DNA of 64,000 nt from positions 13,957-77,956 of the forward strand of contig JADLHC010000282.1 in NCBI GenBank assembly GCA_020849035.1. Direction: 5' to 3'. A program made the translations under genes and the position numbers. The stretch comes from Planctomycetia bacterium. GTDB taxonomy: Bacteria > Planctomycetota > MHYJ01 > WSZJ01. The notes under the pieces were generated by a model. That model saw only the letters and a program-made list of their open reading frames with translations, searched no databases and was not told the origin of the DNA. Below are positions 26,697-36,054 of this stretch, piece after piece (the stretch's first letter is position 1; the number at the start of each line of letters is the position of its first letter).

Positions 26697-26993
26697 CTAC
26701 GAGAACTTCTCCCACCAGTACTCCAGCTTCATCACGGCCAGCGCGCCGGCCAGAGGCGCCGGAATCACGGAGAGGCGCTCGAGCAGCGTCCCCCCACGGT
26801 ATCGCAGCGCATACAGCGAAATCGCCCCGACGACGAGCGCCGCCGCGCCCGCCAGCGCGAACGGAATCAGCCAGCGCGACGACACGGGAATAAGCCAGAT
26901 CGGAAGCGACAGCGCGGCGAAGGCATAGGACAGGAGCCGGATGCGCTTCCAGCGTTGTTCAGGATCGGCGGTCGAGGGCTCGATGGGGATCAT
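26697..26993 (-). CDS. small membrane protein, hypothetical
   Basis: 98 aa with 2-3 TM segments. Same strand as its neighbours. Confidence 0.5.
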   Translation of the reverse strand: MIPIEPSTADPEQRWKRIRLLSYAFAALSLPIWLIPVSSRWLIPFALAGAAALVVGAISLYALRYRGGTLLERLSVIPAPLAGALAVMKLEYWWEKFS

Positions 26994-27026
26994 GGGTACC
27001 GGCTTCGATTCTACGAAGCCGGCGCC

Positions 27027-28724
27027 CTACCGGCCTTCGTTCCCCGCCCCCGGAGTCTCGACCTGCCCGTCCTTCCCGCCCGGACGCTTCCCGAACTTCA
27101 CCCGCACCTCCGCCGTCGCGCCCGCCTTCGCGAGCACCGAGAGGTCCACCGGGTCCCCGCTCCCGTAGTCGTACTTGCAGAGGTCCGGCGTCACGAGCTG
27201 GACGTGCAGGACCGTGCGCCCGTCGATCTTCTCGACGAGGACCGTCTGCTTCGAGATCGTGAAGGGCTTGCCGTCCGCGTCCACGCCTTTCACGTCGCTG
27301 ATCCACGCGTCGTCGATCTTCGCCGTGACGGGGATCTCCTCGCAGAAGCGCCCGCGTCCCGTTTCCTCGCGGCCGCGGTTGCCGTACCAGGTGCGGCCGA
27401 CGTCGAGGCCGGACTCGGTGAGCTTGAAGGAGATCACGACGCCGTCTTTGTCCTCCTTCGACGCGATCTCGACGGTCTGCGCGGCCTTCCGGTCCGCGAA
27501 CGGCGCGAACATCGGGTCGCCGTAGAGGCAGCGGTGCTGCGGGGCGTTGTTGTTGAGGAACATGTCGGGCTCCCAGAACTTCGGCTTGCCCGTGACGAAG
27601 ACGCCGATCTGCTCGGGGTGACCCTCGGTGTCCATGACGACGTCGTGGTAGCCGCGGCGCAGCACGTCGCCGAGCGGCACGCCGGTCTGCGTCGCGATGT
27701 CGCGCTCGAAGCTCGACTGCGCGCCGAAGTTCGCGCCGATCGGGCAGATGTAGGCGCTCGCGCCGGCGTCGAGGATCGCCAGCGCCATGCTCCGGCCCGC
27801 CGGAATGCGGTACTCCTCCAGCTTCTCCGTCGCCCCGAACGTCGAGACGATGTCGCCCTCGACGTACACGCGGTCCACGGCGCCGAGGTGGCAGGCGTGC
27901 GTCCACACGACGGCGTTCTGGAGCTTCACGCCCCTGAGGAAGTCCGCCGTGATGCGCGGCATCTCCTTCTTCGGGTCCTGGCCGACCTTCCTCGGGTCGA
28001 ACGGCCAGTGCTTCGTCTCGTCCATGTTGCGCTCGTCGTCGAAGAGCCACATCCCCTCGGGGTCCGAGCAGGCGCCGAGGTGGATGAAGCCCGCCTTATC
28101 CAGCCGGCGAAACGCCTCCTTCGCGTAGGCGGTGTCGCCCATGTTCACGTACCAGGACTCGCCCTTCATGTCCGGGATGAAGCTCTGGTCGTACTTCGCG
28201 CTGATGTTGGAGGTGCTGACGGAGACGGTGTAGTCCGGGAGGCCGTTCTTCCGCGCGGCGATGATGCGGTCCACGAACTCGCCGACCTTCGCCGGGGTGG
28301 ATGCGGTGACGAACCCGAAGGCGAAGTCGCAGAAGGGGTCCTCGTCGCAGAGCGTCGAGAGGACGATGAACTTCCGCAGGAGGTTGACGTCCATGTCCTT
28401 CGGCTCGACGACGACGGCGACCCAGCGCGCGTTGCGGCGGATGAGCTCGGGGAGGACGTCCTCCGGGGAAGCGGGGGAGAAGTTCACGACCTCGCCCTTG
28501 CGTTCGTCGGCGAGCTTCTTCGCCGCCCTGGCGAGCGGGGAGCCGTTCGGGACGAGGACGACGTACTTGCCGCCGGCCTCGTTCCTGTGCGTCCAGAGCT
28601 GCGATATCTTCGTGCGAAGCTCCGTGTAGCCGGGGAAACCGCGGCCGTCGTCGTCCGCGACCGCTCCCGTCGTGGTGAGCGCGAGAAGTCCCAGGGCCGC
28701 CGCCGCGTTCTTCAGTGTGCGCAT
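27027..28724 (-). CDS. secreted protein, possible clan-CD (caspase/gingipain-fold) peptidase-like; tentative
   Basis: Signal peptide MRTLKNAAAALGLLALTTTGAVA. FIHLGACS followed about 60 aa later by VVWTHACHLG resembles a His...Cys dyad. C-terminal beta-rich domain. Confidence 0.65.
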   Translation of the reverse strand: MRTLKNAAAALGLLALTTTGAVADDDGRGFPGYTELRTKISQLWTHRNEAGGKYVVLVPNGSPLARAAKKLADERKGEVVNFSPASPEDVLPELIRRNARWVAVVVEPKDMDVNLLRKFIVLSTLCDEDPFCDFAFGFVTASTPAKVGEFVDRIIAARKNGLPDYTVSVSTSNISAKYDQSFIPDMKGESWYVNMGDTAYAKEAFRRLDKAGFIHLGACSDPEGMWLFDDERNMDETKHWPFDPRKVGQDPKKEMPRITADFLRGVKLQNAVVWTHACHLGAVDRVYVEGDIVSTFGATEKLEEYRIPAGRSMALAILDAGASAYICPIGANFGAQSSFERDIATQTGVPLGDVLRRGYHDVVMDTEGHPEQIGVFVTGKPKFWEPDMFLNNNAPQHRCLYGDPMFAPFADRKAAQTVEIASKEDKDGVVISFKLTESGLDVGRTWYGNRGREETGRGRFCEEIPVTAKIDDAWISDVKGVDADGKPFTISKQTVLVEKIDGRTVLHVQLVTPDLCKYDYGSGDPVDLSVLAKAGATAEVRVKFGKRPGGKDGQVETPGAGNEGR

Positions 28725-28738
28725 GCTCGTGTCTCCGT

Positions 28739-30142
28739 TTATCTCGCCGGCACCGAGAACGGGTGGTCCGGGAAGAGGATGAGTTTGTCGGCCTTGCCGT
28801 TCGTGACGGCCGAGAGCCGCAGGAACGCGAAGCCCACGCCCGCGTTCCCCACCATGAACCCCGTGGGCGTGTAAGGGAACTTCTTCGCCTGCGAGTCTTC
28901 GTCGTCGTACTGCGCGTAGAAGCGGATCTTCCCCTCCGTCCGCAGCTCCGCGAGCATCGCCGCGGCGACGGCGTTCGCGTCGTCGAGGAACGCCGCGTCC
29001 TTCGTCGCCTGGTACAGGCTCGTGAACGCGTCCAGGCACCCCGCCGCGCCGCAGCACCACGTCGGGTTCGCGAACGCCGGCTTTCCCGCCGTGACGCCCA
29101 GCTCGCGCGCCAGCCCGACGCCCGACTTCTTCGCGACCTCGCCGTAGCCCGCCTTCCCCGTCGTCCGCTGCAGCAGCAGGTACAGCCCCACCGTCCCCGG
29201 CGCGCCGTGACACCAGCTGTGCATCGTCCCGTTCGAGCGCCCCTCCGGGACCTTCCCCGCGTACATCTTCCAGAAGATCCCGTCGTTGCCCTTCTCCGCG
29301 ACGGATTCGATCCACGCCGCCGCCTCCGTCCCGGCCTTCCGCCCCTCGCCGGCATTCAGCGCCGTGAGGAAGAACGCGATCCCCGCCGTCCCGTGCGAGA
29401 AGTTCGGGTCGAGACACCCGTACGTCTCCCACCGCGTCCCCGACTTGTCCCGCTGCGCCTTCGACAGCAGCCACTTCGCCGTGTCCTCCGCCGCCGCCCG
29501 GTACGCGTCGTTCTTCGTCAGCCGGTGCATCTCCAGCAGCGCCAGCCCCACACCCGCCTCGCCGCCGATGATGTCCGCCATCTCGTACACCCACCGCATC
29601 CCGTCCTTGTCCCGCGTCCCTTCCTTCAGGATCCGCTCGAACGCCCCCACGGCGAGCTTCCGGAAACGCTCGTCGCCGGTCGCGATCGAGAGGTGCATGA
29701 GGAAGAGCCCGATGCCGGCGTTGCCCGAGTACAGCCCGGCGCCGTCGCCGTCCGGGACGATCCGGCCGCGGTGCTCGCACTTGCCCTCGAACTGCAGGCC
29801 GCCCTTCGGCGCCGGCGACGACAGCTTCTCCAGCCGGAGCCCGATGCCGCGCGCCGTGTCGAGGTACGTCTTCTCGCCGGTCACGGCGTGGAGGTTGAGG
29901 AAGAAGTACCCGGTGCCGGAGAGGCCGGAGTACAGCGACACCGCGAGCTGCCTGTTCTCCTCGCCCGTGTTCGCCGGCCCGCCCTCGTACTGCTGCCAGT
30001 AGATCGCATCGCCGTCGCGCCGCGCCGTCGCGACCAGGTGGTCGCCGATGCCGCGCGCGACGTCGAGCGGTTCGTCGGCGGCGGCAAGGAGGGCGGTGAG
30101 GAGGGCGAGGACCGGCGCCAGGGAGCGGGCGGGGAAGGGCAT
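28739..30142 (-). CDS. LanC-like (lanthionine synthetase C-like) protein with signal peptide
   Basis: Repeated GxxG helix-hairpin motifs (SGLSGTGYF, SGNAGIGLF, GGEAGVGLA), SHGTAGIAFF, SWCHGAPGTVG, WCCGAAG and GNAGVGFAF. N-terminus is MPFPARSLAPVLALLTALLAAA. Confidence 0.8.
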   Translation of the reverse strand: MPFPARSLAPVLALLTALLAAADEPLDVARGIGDHLVATARRDGDAIYWQQYEGGPANTGEENRQLAVSLYSGLSGTGYFFLNLHAVTGEKTYLDTARGIGLRLEKLSSPAPKGGLQFEGKCEHRGRIVPDGDGAGLYSGNAGIGLFLMHLSIATGDERFRKLAVGAFERILKEGTRDKDGMRWVYEMADIIGGEAGVGLALLEMHRLTKNDAYRAAAEDTAKWLLSKAQRDKSGTRWETYGCLDPNFSHGTAGIAFFLTALNAGEGRKAGTEAAAWIESVAEKGNDGIFWKMYAGKVPEGRSNGTMHSWCHGAPGTVGLYLLLQRTTGKAGYGEVAKKSGVGLARELGVTAGKPAFANPTWCCGAAGCLDAFTSLYQATKDAAFLDDANAVAAAMLAELRTEGKIRFYAQYDDEDSQAKKFPYTPTGFMVGNAGVGFAFLRLSAVTNGKADKLILFPDHPFSVPAR

Positions 30143-30254
30143 GGGTGACTCCGAAGGAAACGAGGTGCTTTCCTCCCTGTATGCCGCGGCGGCGGGGTTC
30201 CGTACGGGAATTCGCAGATTCCTGCTGCCTTCCTGCCGCCGCCGACCGGCTGGA

Positions 30255-32522
30255 TCAGCGGGCCGGCTTTTCCGTTTCCTTCGCGCTCCCGAGGAACTCC
30301 TCGATCTCCTCCAGTTCGCGCCGGAGCGGCGCCTTGTCCGCGTGCGGATCGCCGGGATCCGCGATCTTCGCCCTGAGCGCGTCCGCCGCCCGTTCGGCGG
30401 CGGCGCGGGTCGCCTTGTCGTCGCCCAGCTTGCGGCGGGCCCCGAAGACGTGGCACTCGAGGGGGCGATTCGCGGTCATGCCGGGGTCGAGCCGCAGGAC
30501 CGAGGGGTCCGGCGCGGCGGCCAGCGGGTCGGCCTTCGCGGCGATCAGCGCCTCGAATTCGGCGATCGCGTCGGCGAAGCGGCCTGCCTGGTGGAGGGCG
30601 AGGGCGAGCTGGAAGCGGACGAGGTCGGCGCCCGCGGGTTTCGAGTCGAGGAGCTTGCGCAGGAAGGCGACTTCCTCGTCGAGGGTAAAACCCTTCCATT
30701 GGACGCGGACTTCGGTGTGGGCGTTGACGCGCGAGGTGTCCACGGCGTCGAGGGACCAGCGGGCGGTGAGGCCGTCGAGGGCGCCGGACCCGGGCAGGAG
30801 GTGGCGCACGTGGGCGGCGGTGACGCCGTCGGGGAGGCGGATGGCGACGGTGAGCTTGCGCGGCGCAGTCCAGCAGGTGCCGGTCGCGGTCCAGGCGGCG
30901 CGGCGGCGGTCGAAGCGGCGCTCGTCGTCCGGCGGGGTCCTGGGCGACGGCTTCCAGGCGTAGCCCGGGAGATCGCCCCCCGATTCGACGGTGAGGCGGA
31001 CGCGGACTTCAACGGTCTTGCCGGCGTGAAGGGCGACCGTCCAGCCGGTGCGGAGCTCGGTGCGGGTCCCGTCGTCGCCGTCCGGCAGCAGGCAGGAGAC
31101 GGGCCCGGGCCTGGCCGCGGCGCCGTTCACAGTGACGGCCAGGTTCTCGAACATCCCGTCCGCCGCGGCGATGAGCTCGGCTTCCTCGGGCCAGAGGTGG
31201 CCGCCGATCGTCGCGATCGCCTCGCCGTCCCGGATCGCACGGATCACGTAGGTCGTGTCGTAGACCGTCCGGTCCGCGCCCGGCGTGATCTCAACGCGCT
31301 CCTCCTCCAGCGCCGCCTTCCCTGCGTCCCCGACGCACGGGATCTCCAGCGTCCGACCCTCCGGACCGCCGTGCTCCAGCGTCTTCACGAGGTCGCGGAC
31401 GTCGCGGCCGAGCGCCTTGCGGGCCTTCACGAGCGCCGCGCTGGCCTCCGGGCCGGAATCGACCGCGGCGATCCAGCCTTCGAGGAACTCGCACGCCTTC
31501 TTCGCGCGGGCGGCGGTCGCGGGGTCGGACTTCGCGTCGGGGGAGGAGAAGAGGTTCGTGGCGATCTCGGTGATGTGGTCCGAGCACGGCTTGCTCTCGG
31601 AAGGGTCGTCGCCCTGGTCCGCGATGATCGTGTCGAGCATCGCCTCGTACGCGGCGCGCATGCCGGCCCCGTCGCCCTTCAGGCGCAGCAGGTCGGCGAG
31701 ATGGGACTGGAAGCACAGGCGGTCCCACGCCTCCATGCCGTCGCCGTGGACGGCGCGCGTGATCTCGATCTCGCGGTCGAGCGTCGCGGCGGGGCAGAAC
31801 GTGATTTCGACGTCCTCCGTCGGCTCGAGGTCCGTGAACGTCCACTCCGCGCCGGAGGCGGTGCGCGACGTCGGCGGCGGCGAGAGTTCGCGCAGGTGCG
31901 CCGCCGTCAGCCCGTCGTGCAGGCTGAGCCGGACCACGGCCTTGCTGATCGGGCCTTTCCAGGGCGCGCCCGTCACGAGGATGTACCGGGCGTGGCGCTT
32001 CGCCAGGCTCGCCTCGACGTCCTCGCCGCCGAGCCAGGTCTCCCACTCGGAGCCCCATTCCTCGCGGATGCTGAAGGTGCGCTCGACCGTCGCGACGTTG
32101 TAGCTCACGACGACCGTCTTCTTCGCGGCCGGCGCGAAGCTCATGTCCCACGCGAGCCAGTAGCTGAACGCGTGCTCGTCGTTGTCTTTCCCCGGAGGCG
32201 CGTTCACGAGCGCGGGGCTTTCCTTCTTCCCGTCGATCTCGACCTTGAAGTCCTTCAACTCGTCCATCGAGGTCATCGGGAAGCCGACCTGGAGCGACGT
32301 CTGCGCCCCGAAGTTCTCGAGGTGGAACGTGACCTTCACGTCGAGGCGGTCCTTCGCGAGCCCGAGTTCGACTTCTTCCGCCGTCATCGCGACGTCGGTC
32401 TTCTCGCCGCGCGGACCCGGCGTGACGCCGCCGCCCAGAGGGTCGGGCGAGATGTCGGCGCGGAGAGCTCCGGCACCGATGGCCAGCAGGACGATGACCG
32501 GGAAGAGCGTGCGGTGCGGCAT
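30255..32522 (-). CDS. secreted multidomain protein, hypothetical (DUF4424-like N-terminus, internally duplicated module, TPR-like C-terminus)
   Basis: Signal peptide MPHRTLFPVIVLLAIGAGALRA. Two modules share the DG[LV]TAAH[LV]R.L.P motif (RLSLHDGLTAAHLRELSP and AIRLPDGVTAAHVRHLLP). Confidence 0.7.
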   Translation of the reverse strand: MPHRTLFPVIVLLAIGAGALRADISPDPLGGGVTPGPRGEKTDVAMTAEEVELGLAKDRLDVKVTFHLENFGAQTSLQVGFPMTSMDELKDFKVEIDGKKESPALVNAPPGKDNDEHAFSYWLAWDMSFAPAAKKTVVVSYNVATVERTFSIREEWGSEWETWLGGEDVEASLAKRHARYILVTGAPWKGPISKAVVRLSLHDGLTAAHLRELSPPPTSRTASGAEWTFTDLEPTEDVEITFCPAATLDREIEITRAVHGDGMEAWDRLCFQSHLADLLRLKGDGAGMRAAYEAMLDTIIADQGDDPSESKPCSDHITEIATNLFSSPDAKSDPATAARAKKACEFLEGWIAAVDSGPEASAALVKARKALGRDVRDLVKTLEHGGPEGRTLEIPCVGDAGKAALEEERVEITPGADRTVYDTTYVIRAIRDGEAIATIGGHLWPEEAELIAAADGMFENLAVTVNGAAARPGPVSCLLPDGDDGTRTELRTGWTVALHAGKTVEVRVRLTVESGGDLPGYAWKPSPRTPPDDERRFDRRRAAWTATGTCWTAPRKLTVAIRLPDGVTAAHVRHLLPGSGALDGLTARWSLDAVDTSRVNAHTEVRVQWKGFTLDEEVAFLRKLLDSKPAGADLVRFQLALALHQAGRFADAIAEFEALIAAKADPLAAAPDPSVLRLDPGMTANRPLECHVFGARRKLGDDKATRAAAERAADALRAKIADPGDPHADKAPLRRELEEIEEFLGSAKETEKPAR

Positions 32523-32601
32523 CGGGCGACCCCTCGAATGAAGCCTTGTTCCCCCTCCGCCTGTTCAACCGGCGGGGTGGGAGTTTTTTGGGGAAATCCG
32601 G

Positions 32602-33366
32602 CTATTTCCGCGCCGGGCGCTCCAGCGACGCCCGGATCCGTTTCAGGTCATCGGTCGCAAGTCCTTCGCCCACCAGGACAAAGCGCAAGCCCGCGGCCGT
32701 CCCGGCGACGACCGCACCGTCGGCCCGCTCGACCCCGTCCCCCGCCCCCGCGAACACCGTGAACGACGTCCCGCCCCCCGCGAACGTCACCTCCACCGCG
32801 TCGCCCGAAACGCGCGCCTCGCGGAGCCGCATCCCTTCCGGGACCCACGCCGGGAAAAGCGCCTGAGCGCCGGCAATCGCCTCCCACCGCGCCACCGCCG
32901 CCCGCGCCGCGTCCGCCGGTACCGGCACGTCCGGCGGCGCGCCGATCCCGGCGCCCTCGCGCGGCGCCTGCGCCACCTCCACGATCCGCCGGTCCAGCCG
33001 CGTCATCGCCTCCCCGTGCCGCGCGACCCACGGGTCCTCCTTCTTCGGCGGGACCGTCCGCCCCGCCGGCCACCAGGCGCGGCCGACGGCGATGAGAAGC
33101 GCCGCCGCGGCGGCCAGCGCGAGCCCCCACGCGATCCGGCGGCGCGCTCCACCGAACGCCGCCGCGAGGACGCGCTCGCGCCGCAGCGCCGCCGGCTCCG
33201 CCGCCGAGCCCTTTGCGACCAGCGCCCCCAGCGCCCGCAGCTCGCGAAGCCGCGCTGTGCACTCCGCGCACCCCGCGGCGTGCGCCGAAACCGCCCGCGC
33301 TTCCGAAGCGTCGAGCTCGCCCGCGTCGTGGAGGAGCAGCTGTGCCGGATTGACCGGATGCGTCAT
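32602..33366 (-). CDS. anti-sigma factor (zf-HC2 type), single-pass
   Basis: HAAGCAEC (Hx3Cx2C), a central TM (IAWGLALAAAAALLIAV), and a 4-nt overlap with the ECF sigma gene. Confidence 0.7.
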   Translation of the reverse strand: MTHPVNPAQLLLHDAGELDASEARAVSAHAAGCAECTARLRELRALGALVAKGSAAEPAALRRERVLAAAFGGARRRIAWGLALAAAAALLIAVGRAWWPAGRTVPPKKEDPWVARHGEAMTRLDRRIVEVAQAPREGAGIGAPPDVPVPADAARAAVARWEAIAGAQALFPAWVPEGMRLREARVSGDAVEVTFAGGGTSFTVFAGAGDGVERADGAVVAGTAAGLRFVLVGEGLATDDLKRIRASLERPARK

Positions 33367-33890
33367 CGCTCCTCCTCCGCCAGCGCCCCGAACTTCCGCA
33401 GCGCCGGCGACAGCTTCTGCAGCCCGTCATGCACCCACGACGCCACCGTCCCGATCGGCGCGTCCATCACCTCGGCGATGCGCTTGTACGGCAGCTCGCT
33501 CACGTACCTCAGCGTGACCGCCTCCCGTTGCTCGCGCGGAAGCCGCGCCAGAGCGGCGGCGAGCGCCGTCCTCAGCGCCTCCAGGTCCGCGCCACGGCCG
33601 GCCTCCTCCTCCACGCCCGTGTCCACGACCTGTTCAACCGGCTGCTCGCGCTTCTTTTGGACGAAATTCAGCGCCAGGTTCCGCGCGATCGTGTGCAGGA
33701 ACGTCGAGAGCCGCGCCTTCGGCACGTACCGCGGCGCCGCACGGTGCACGCGCAGGAAGGTTTCCTGGAAGAGGTCCTCCGCGTCGCCGCGGTCGCGCAC
33801 GATCGAGCGGATGAAGGCGATCAGCCGCGTCTCGTACCGCTTCAGCAGTTCCTCGAACGCGGCGCGGTCCCCCCCGCCGCACCGGAGCAT
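33363..33890 (-). CDS. ECF (group IV) sigma-70 factor
   Basis: Region 2 DAEDLFQETFLRV. Region 4 REAVTLRYVSELPYKRIAEVMDAPIGTVASWVHDG. Confidence 0.9.
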   Translation of the reverse strand: MLRCGGGDRAAFEELLKRYETRLIAFIRSIVRDRGDAEDLFQETFLRVHRAAPRYVPKARLSTFLHTIARNLALNFVQKKREQPVEQVVDTGVEEEAGRGADLEALRTALAAALARLPREQREAVTLRYVSELPYKRIAEVMDAPIGTVASWVHDGLQKLSPALRKFGALAEEER

Positions 33891-34077
33891 GAGGTCGGTG
33901 TCGGATTGCGGGCCGGGAGTGGGAGAAGCGGAGTTGATGGAGGGATCGTAGCGATTACGGCGCCCGGGATGCAGAAACCCCTGCCATCCGCAGCAGGGTG
34001 GCTCCGACTTGCGACCTCACAGCCGGAGGGCCTGGCGCAGCCTCTCGCGCATCCGCGGATCCTTCGTGAGATCGCCC

Positions 34078-34470
34078 CTAGCCGGCCGTGATCTGGCGGC
34101 CATCCGCCGGCCGCGTCCGCACGAACGCCGCCACGAACAGGGCGCCGAGCAGCAGGTCCACGCCCCCTCCGGCGAGCGTCCGCGCGTCCACCCTTCCCAG
34201 CCCGTAGAGCACGACCACGGCGATCCCGAACGCGGCCTTCTCGAGGACGGCGGGGACCATGAGCGGCCGGAGCCTGGCAGGATCGCGCCCGATGAGGAGG
34301 AACGCGACCTGCCAGGCGACGGCGACGCCGAGGAAGCCGTAGAAGTACTCCGGGTGGGTGATCGCGGGCGGCGCGTCCCGGCCGATTTTCCCTTCCAGCC
34401 CGTAGAACGGGAGGAGGACGGCCAGGCCGTAGATCCCTGCGATGGTGAAGACGCGCCGCGCGAAGATCAT
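34078..34470 (-). CDS. integral membrane protein, hypothetical
   Basis: 130 aa from an internal Met, 4 hydrophobic segments. Sits 1 nt downstream of the methyltransferase gene. Confidence 0.55.
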   Translation of the reverse strand: MIFARRVFTIAGIYGLAVLLPFYGLEGKIGRDAPPAITHPEYFYGFLGVAVAWQVAFLLIGRDPARLRPLMVPAVLEKAAFGIAVVVLYGLGRVDARTLAGGGVDLLLGALFVAAFVRTRPADGRQITAG

Positions 34471-34471
34471 G

Positions 34472-35302
34472 TCAGGCCCTCGTGATGACGGTTTCGATGT
34501 AGTCGGCCGCGATGGCGATCGGACCCTTGCCGTGGTTGCGGTCGAAGCGCCGCGCCAGGGCGGCGAGGTCCTCGGACAGCGCGTTGCGCCGCGCGGCGTC
34601 GAGCGCCTCGAACGCCTTGAGGGTCGGACCGTACCACGTCCGGAAGAAAGCGACATTCTCTTCGGCGGACGGGAAGCGGAAGATCGCGGTGCGTGGGACG
34701 ACGGTCATCGAGGCCACGGCGTCGCCGAACAGGCGCCGCTGGTACGCCTCTTCGCCCCAGCGGACGGGGGGCTGGAGGCCGGGGGCGGGCGGGATGTAGC
34801 GGGAGAAGAGGAGGAAGGTCTCGCCGATGAAGCCGGCGGGGGTCCAGCAGGCGAGGGCGATGCGTCCGCCGGGGCGGCAGACGCGGGCGAGCTCGGCGGC
34901 GGCTCGCTCGTGCTCGGGGGTGAACATGGCGCCGTAGATGGAGGTGACGGCGTCGAAGGAGGCGTCGGGGAAGGGGAGGTCCTCGGCGTCGGCGGCGAGG
35001 AACTCGACGGGGAGCTGTTCGGCGGCGGCGCGGATGCGGCCGCGCTCGAGGAGGCCGGGGACGTAATCAATGCCGACGACGCTGCAGCCGCGGCGCGCGG
35101 CGGCGAGGGCGGCGTTGCCGCTGCCGGTGGCGACGTCGAGGACGCGCCAGCCGGCCTGGAGGTCGGCGGTTTCGCAGAGGAGTTCGGCCTGGAAGACGAT
35201 ACGGGCGCCGACGACGGAGAAGTCGCCGCTGGCCCAGGTGGCCTGCTGGCGCTGTTTGACGGCGGCGAAATCCACGGTGGCGGGAGCAGCGGTCTGCGTC
35301 AT
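34472..35302 (-). CDS. class I SAM-dependent methyltransferase
   Basis: [12 protein letters not shown] motif [26 protein letters not shown]. Confidence 0.85.
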   Translation of the reverse strand: MTQTAAPATVDFAAVKQRQQATWASGDFSVVGARIVFQAELLCETADLQAGWRVLDVATGSGNAALAAARRGCSVVGIDYVPGLLERGRIRAAAEQLPVEFLAADAEDLPFPDASFDAVTSIYGAMFTPEHERAAAELARVCRPGGRIALACWTPAGFIGETFLLFSRYIPPAPGLQPPVRWGEEAYQRRLFGDAVASMTVVPRTAIFRFPSAEENVAFFRTWYGPTLKAFEALDAARRNALSEDLAALARRFDRNHGKGPIAIAADYIETVITRA

Positions 35303-35340
35303 GGTCACGGTTCTGTCTCCTGAAGGGGTTTCTAAGAAAT

Positions 35341-35390
35341 ACGACCGATCGTTCTTTAAATAATACAACCGTTCGTGCTATAATGTCAAC
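35341..35390 (+). promoter_or_regulatory. divergent promoter/operator region; TetR gene probably leaderless
   Basis: AT-rich gap. TATAAT at 35379-35384 ends 6 nt before the ATG at 35391. Two related boxes: ACGACCGATCGT (35341-35352) and ACAACCGTTCGT (35365-35376). Confidence 0.5.
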
Positions 35391-36035
35391 ATGATCTCCG
35401 AAAATCGCTCCACCCCGCGCCGGAAACCCCGCGCCGACGGCCTCGCCAGTCGCCAGACCATCCTCGACGCAGCCTGCCGCCTCGCCACAACTCACGGTCT
35501 GGAAGGACTTTCCATCGGCGAGCTCGCCAAGACCATCGGAATGAGCAAGAGCGGCCTCTACGCCCACTTCAAGTCCAAGGAAGAACTCCAGCTCGCCACC
35601 ATTGACGCCGCCCTCTCCATTTTCGGCGCCGAAGTCCTTACTCCCGCCCTCAAATCCCCCCCCGGCCTCCCCCGCGTCCACGCCCTCGTCAGCGCCTTCC
35701 TCGACCACCTCTCCCGGCGCGTCTTCCCCGCCGGTTGCTTCTTCGCCACCGTCGCTTCCCAGCTCGCCGCCCGCCCCGGCCGCCCCCGCGACCGCATCGT
35801 CGCCATCCAGCAGTCCTGGGCCGCCGAATTCTCCAAGGCCCTCGACCAGGCCCGCGCCGCCGGCGACATCGCTCCCGGCACCGACCTCGCCCAGCTCGTC
35901 TTCGAGATCAACGCCATGCTCTTCCTCGTCAACTTCGAGTGGGTCGTCACGCAGGATCCCGGTGTGCTCGAGAAGGCGCGGTCGGGCGTGAAGCGGCTGC
36001 TGGAGGCGGCGGGGGCGGGGCGGCGCGAGCCGTAG
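35391..36035 (+). CDS. TetR/AcrR family transcriptional regulator
   Basis: HTH LSIGELAKTIGMSKSGLYAHFKSKEEL. Divergent from the methyltransferase gene. Confidence 0.9.
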   Translation: MISENRSTPRRKPRADGLASRQTILDAACRLATTHGLEGLSIGELAKTIGMSKSGLYAHFKSKEELQLATIDAALSIFGAEVLTPALKSPPGLPRVHALVSAFLDHLSRRVFPAGCFFATVASQLAARPGRPRDRIVAIQQSWAAEFSKALDQARAAGDIAPGTDLAQLVFEINAMLFLVNFEWVVTQDPGVLEKARSGVKRLLEAAGAGRREP

Positions 36036-36054
36036 TCCGCGCGTTGTCGGCCGG

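Noticed and set aside
24501-28874. 1457-aa plus-strand ORF.
   Set aside because: It is antisense to four motif-supported minus-strand genes (WD40, FG-GAP, membrane protein, secreted protein). This is a shadow ORF.
33891-34077. The 187-nt gap upstream of the first ECF sigma, examined for a tRNA or an ECF-type GGAAC-N16-CGT autoregulatory promoter.
   Set aside because: I could find neither a cloverleaf nor a convincing GGAAC/CGTC pair by eye.
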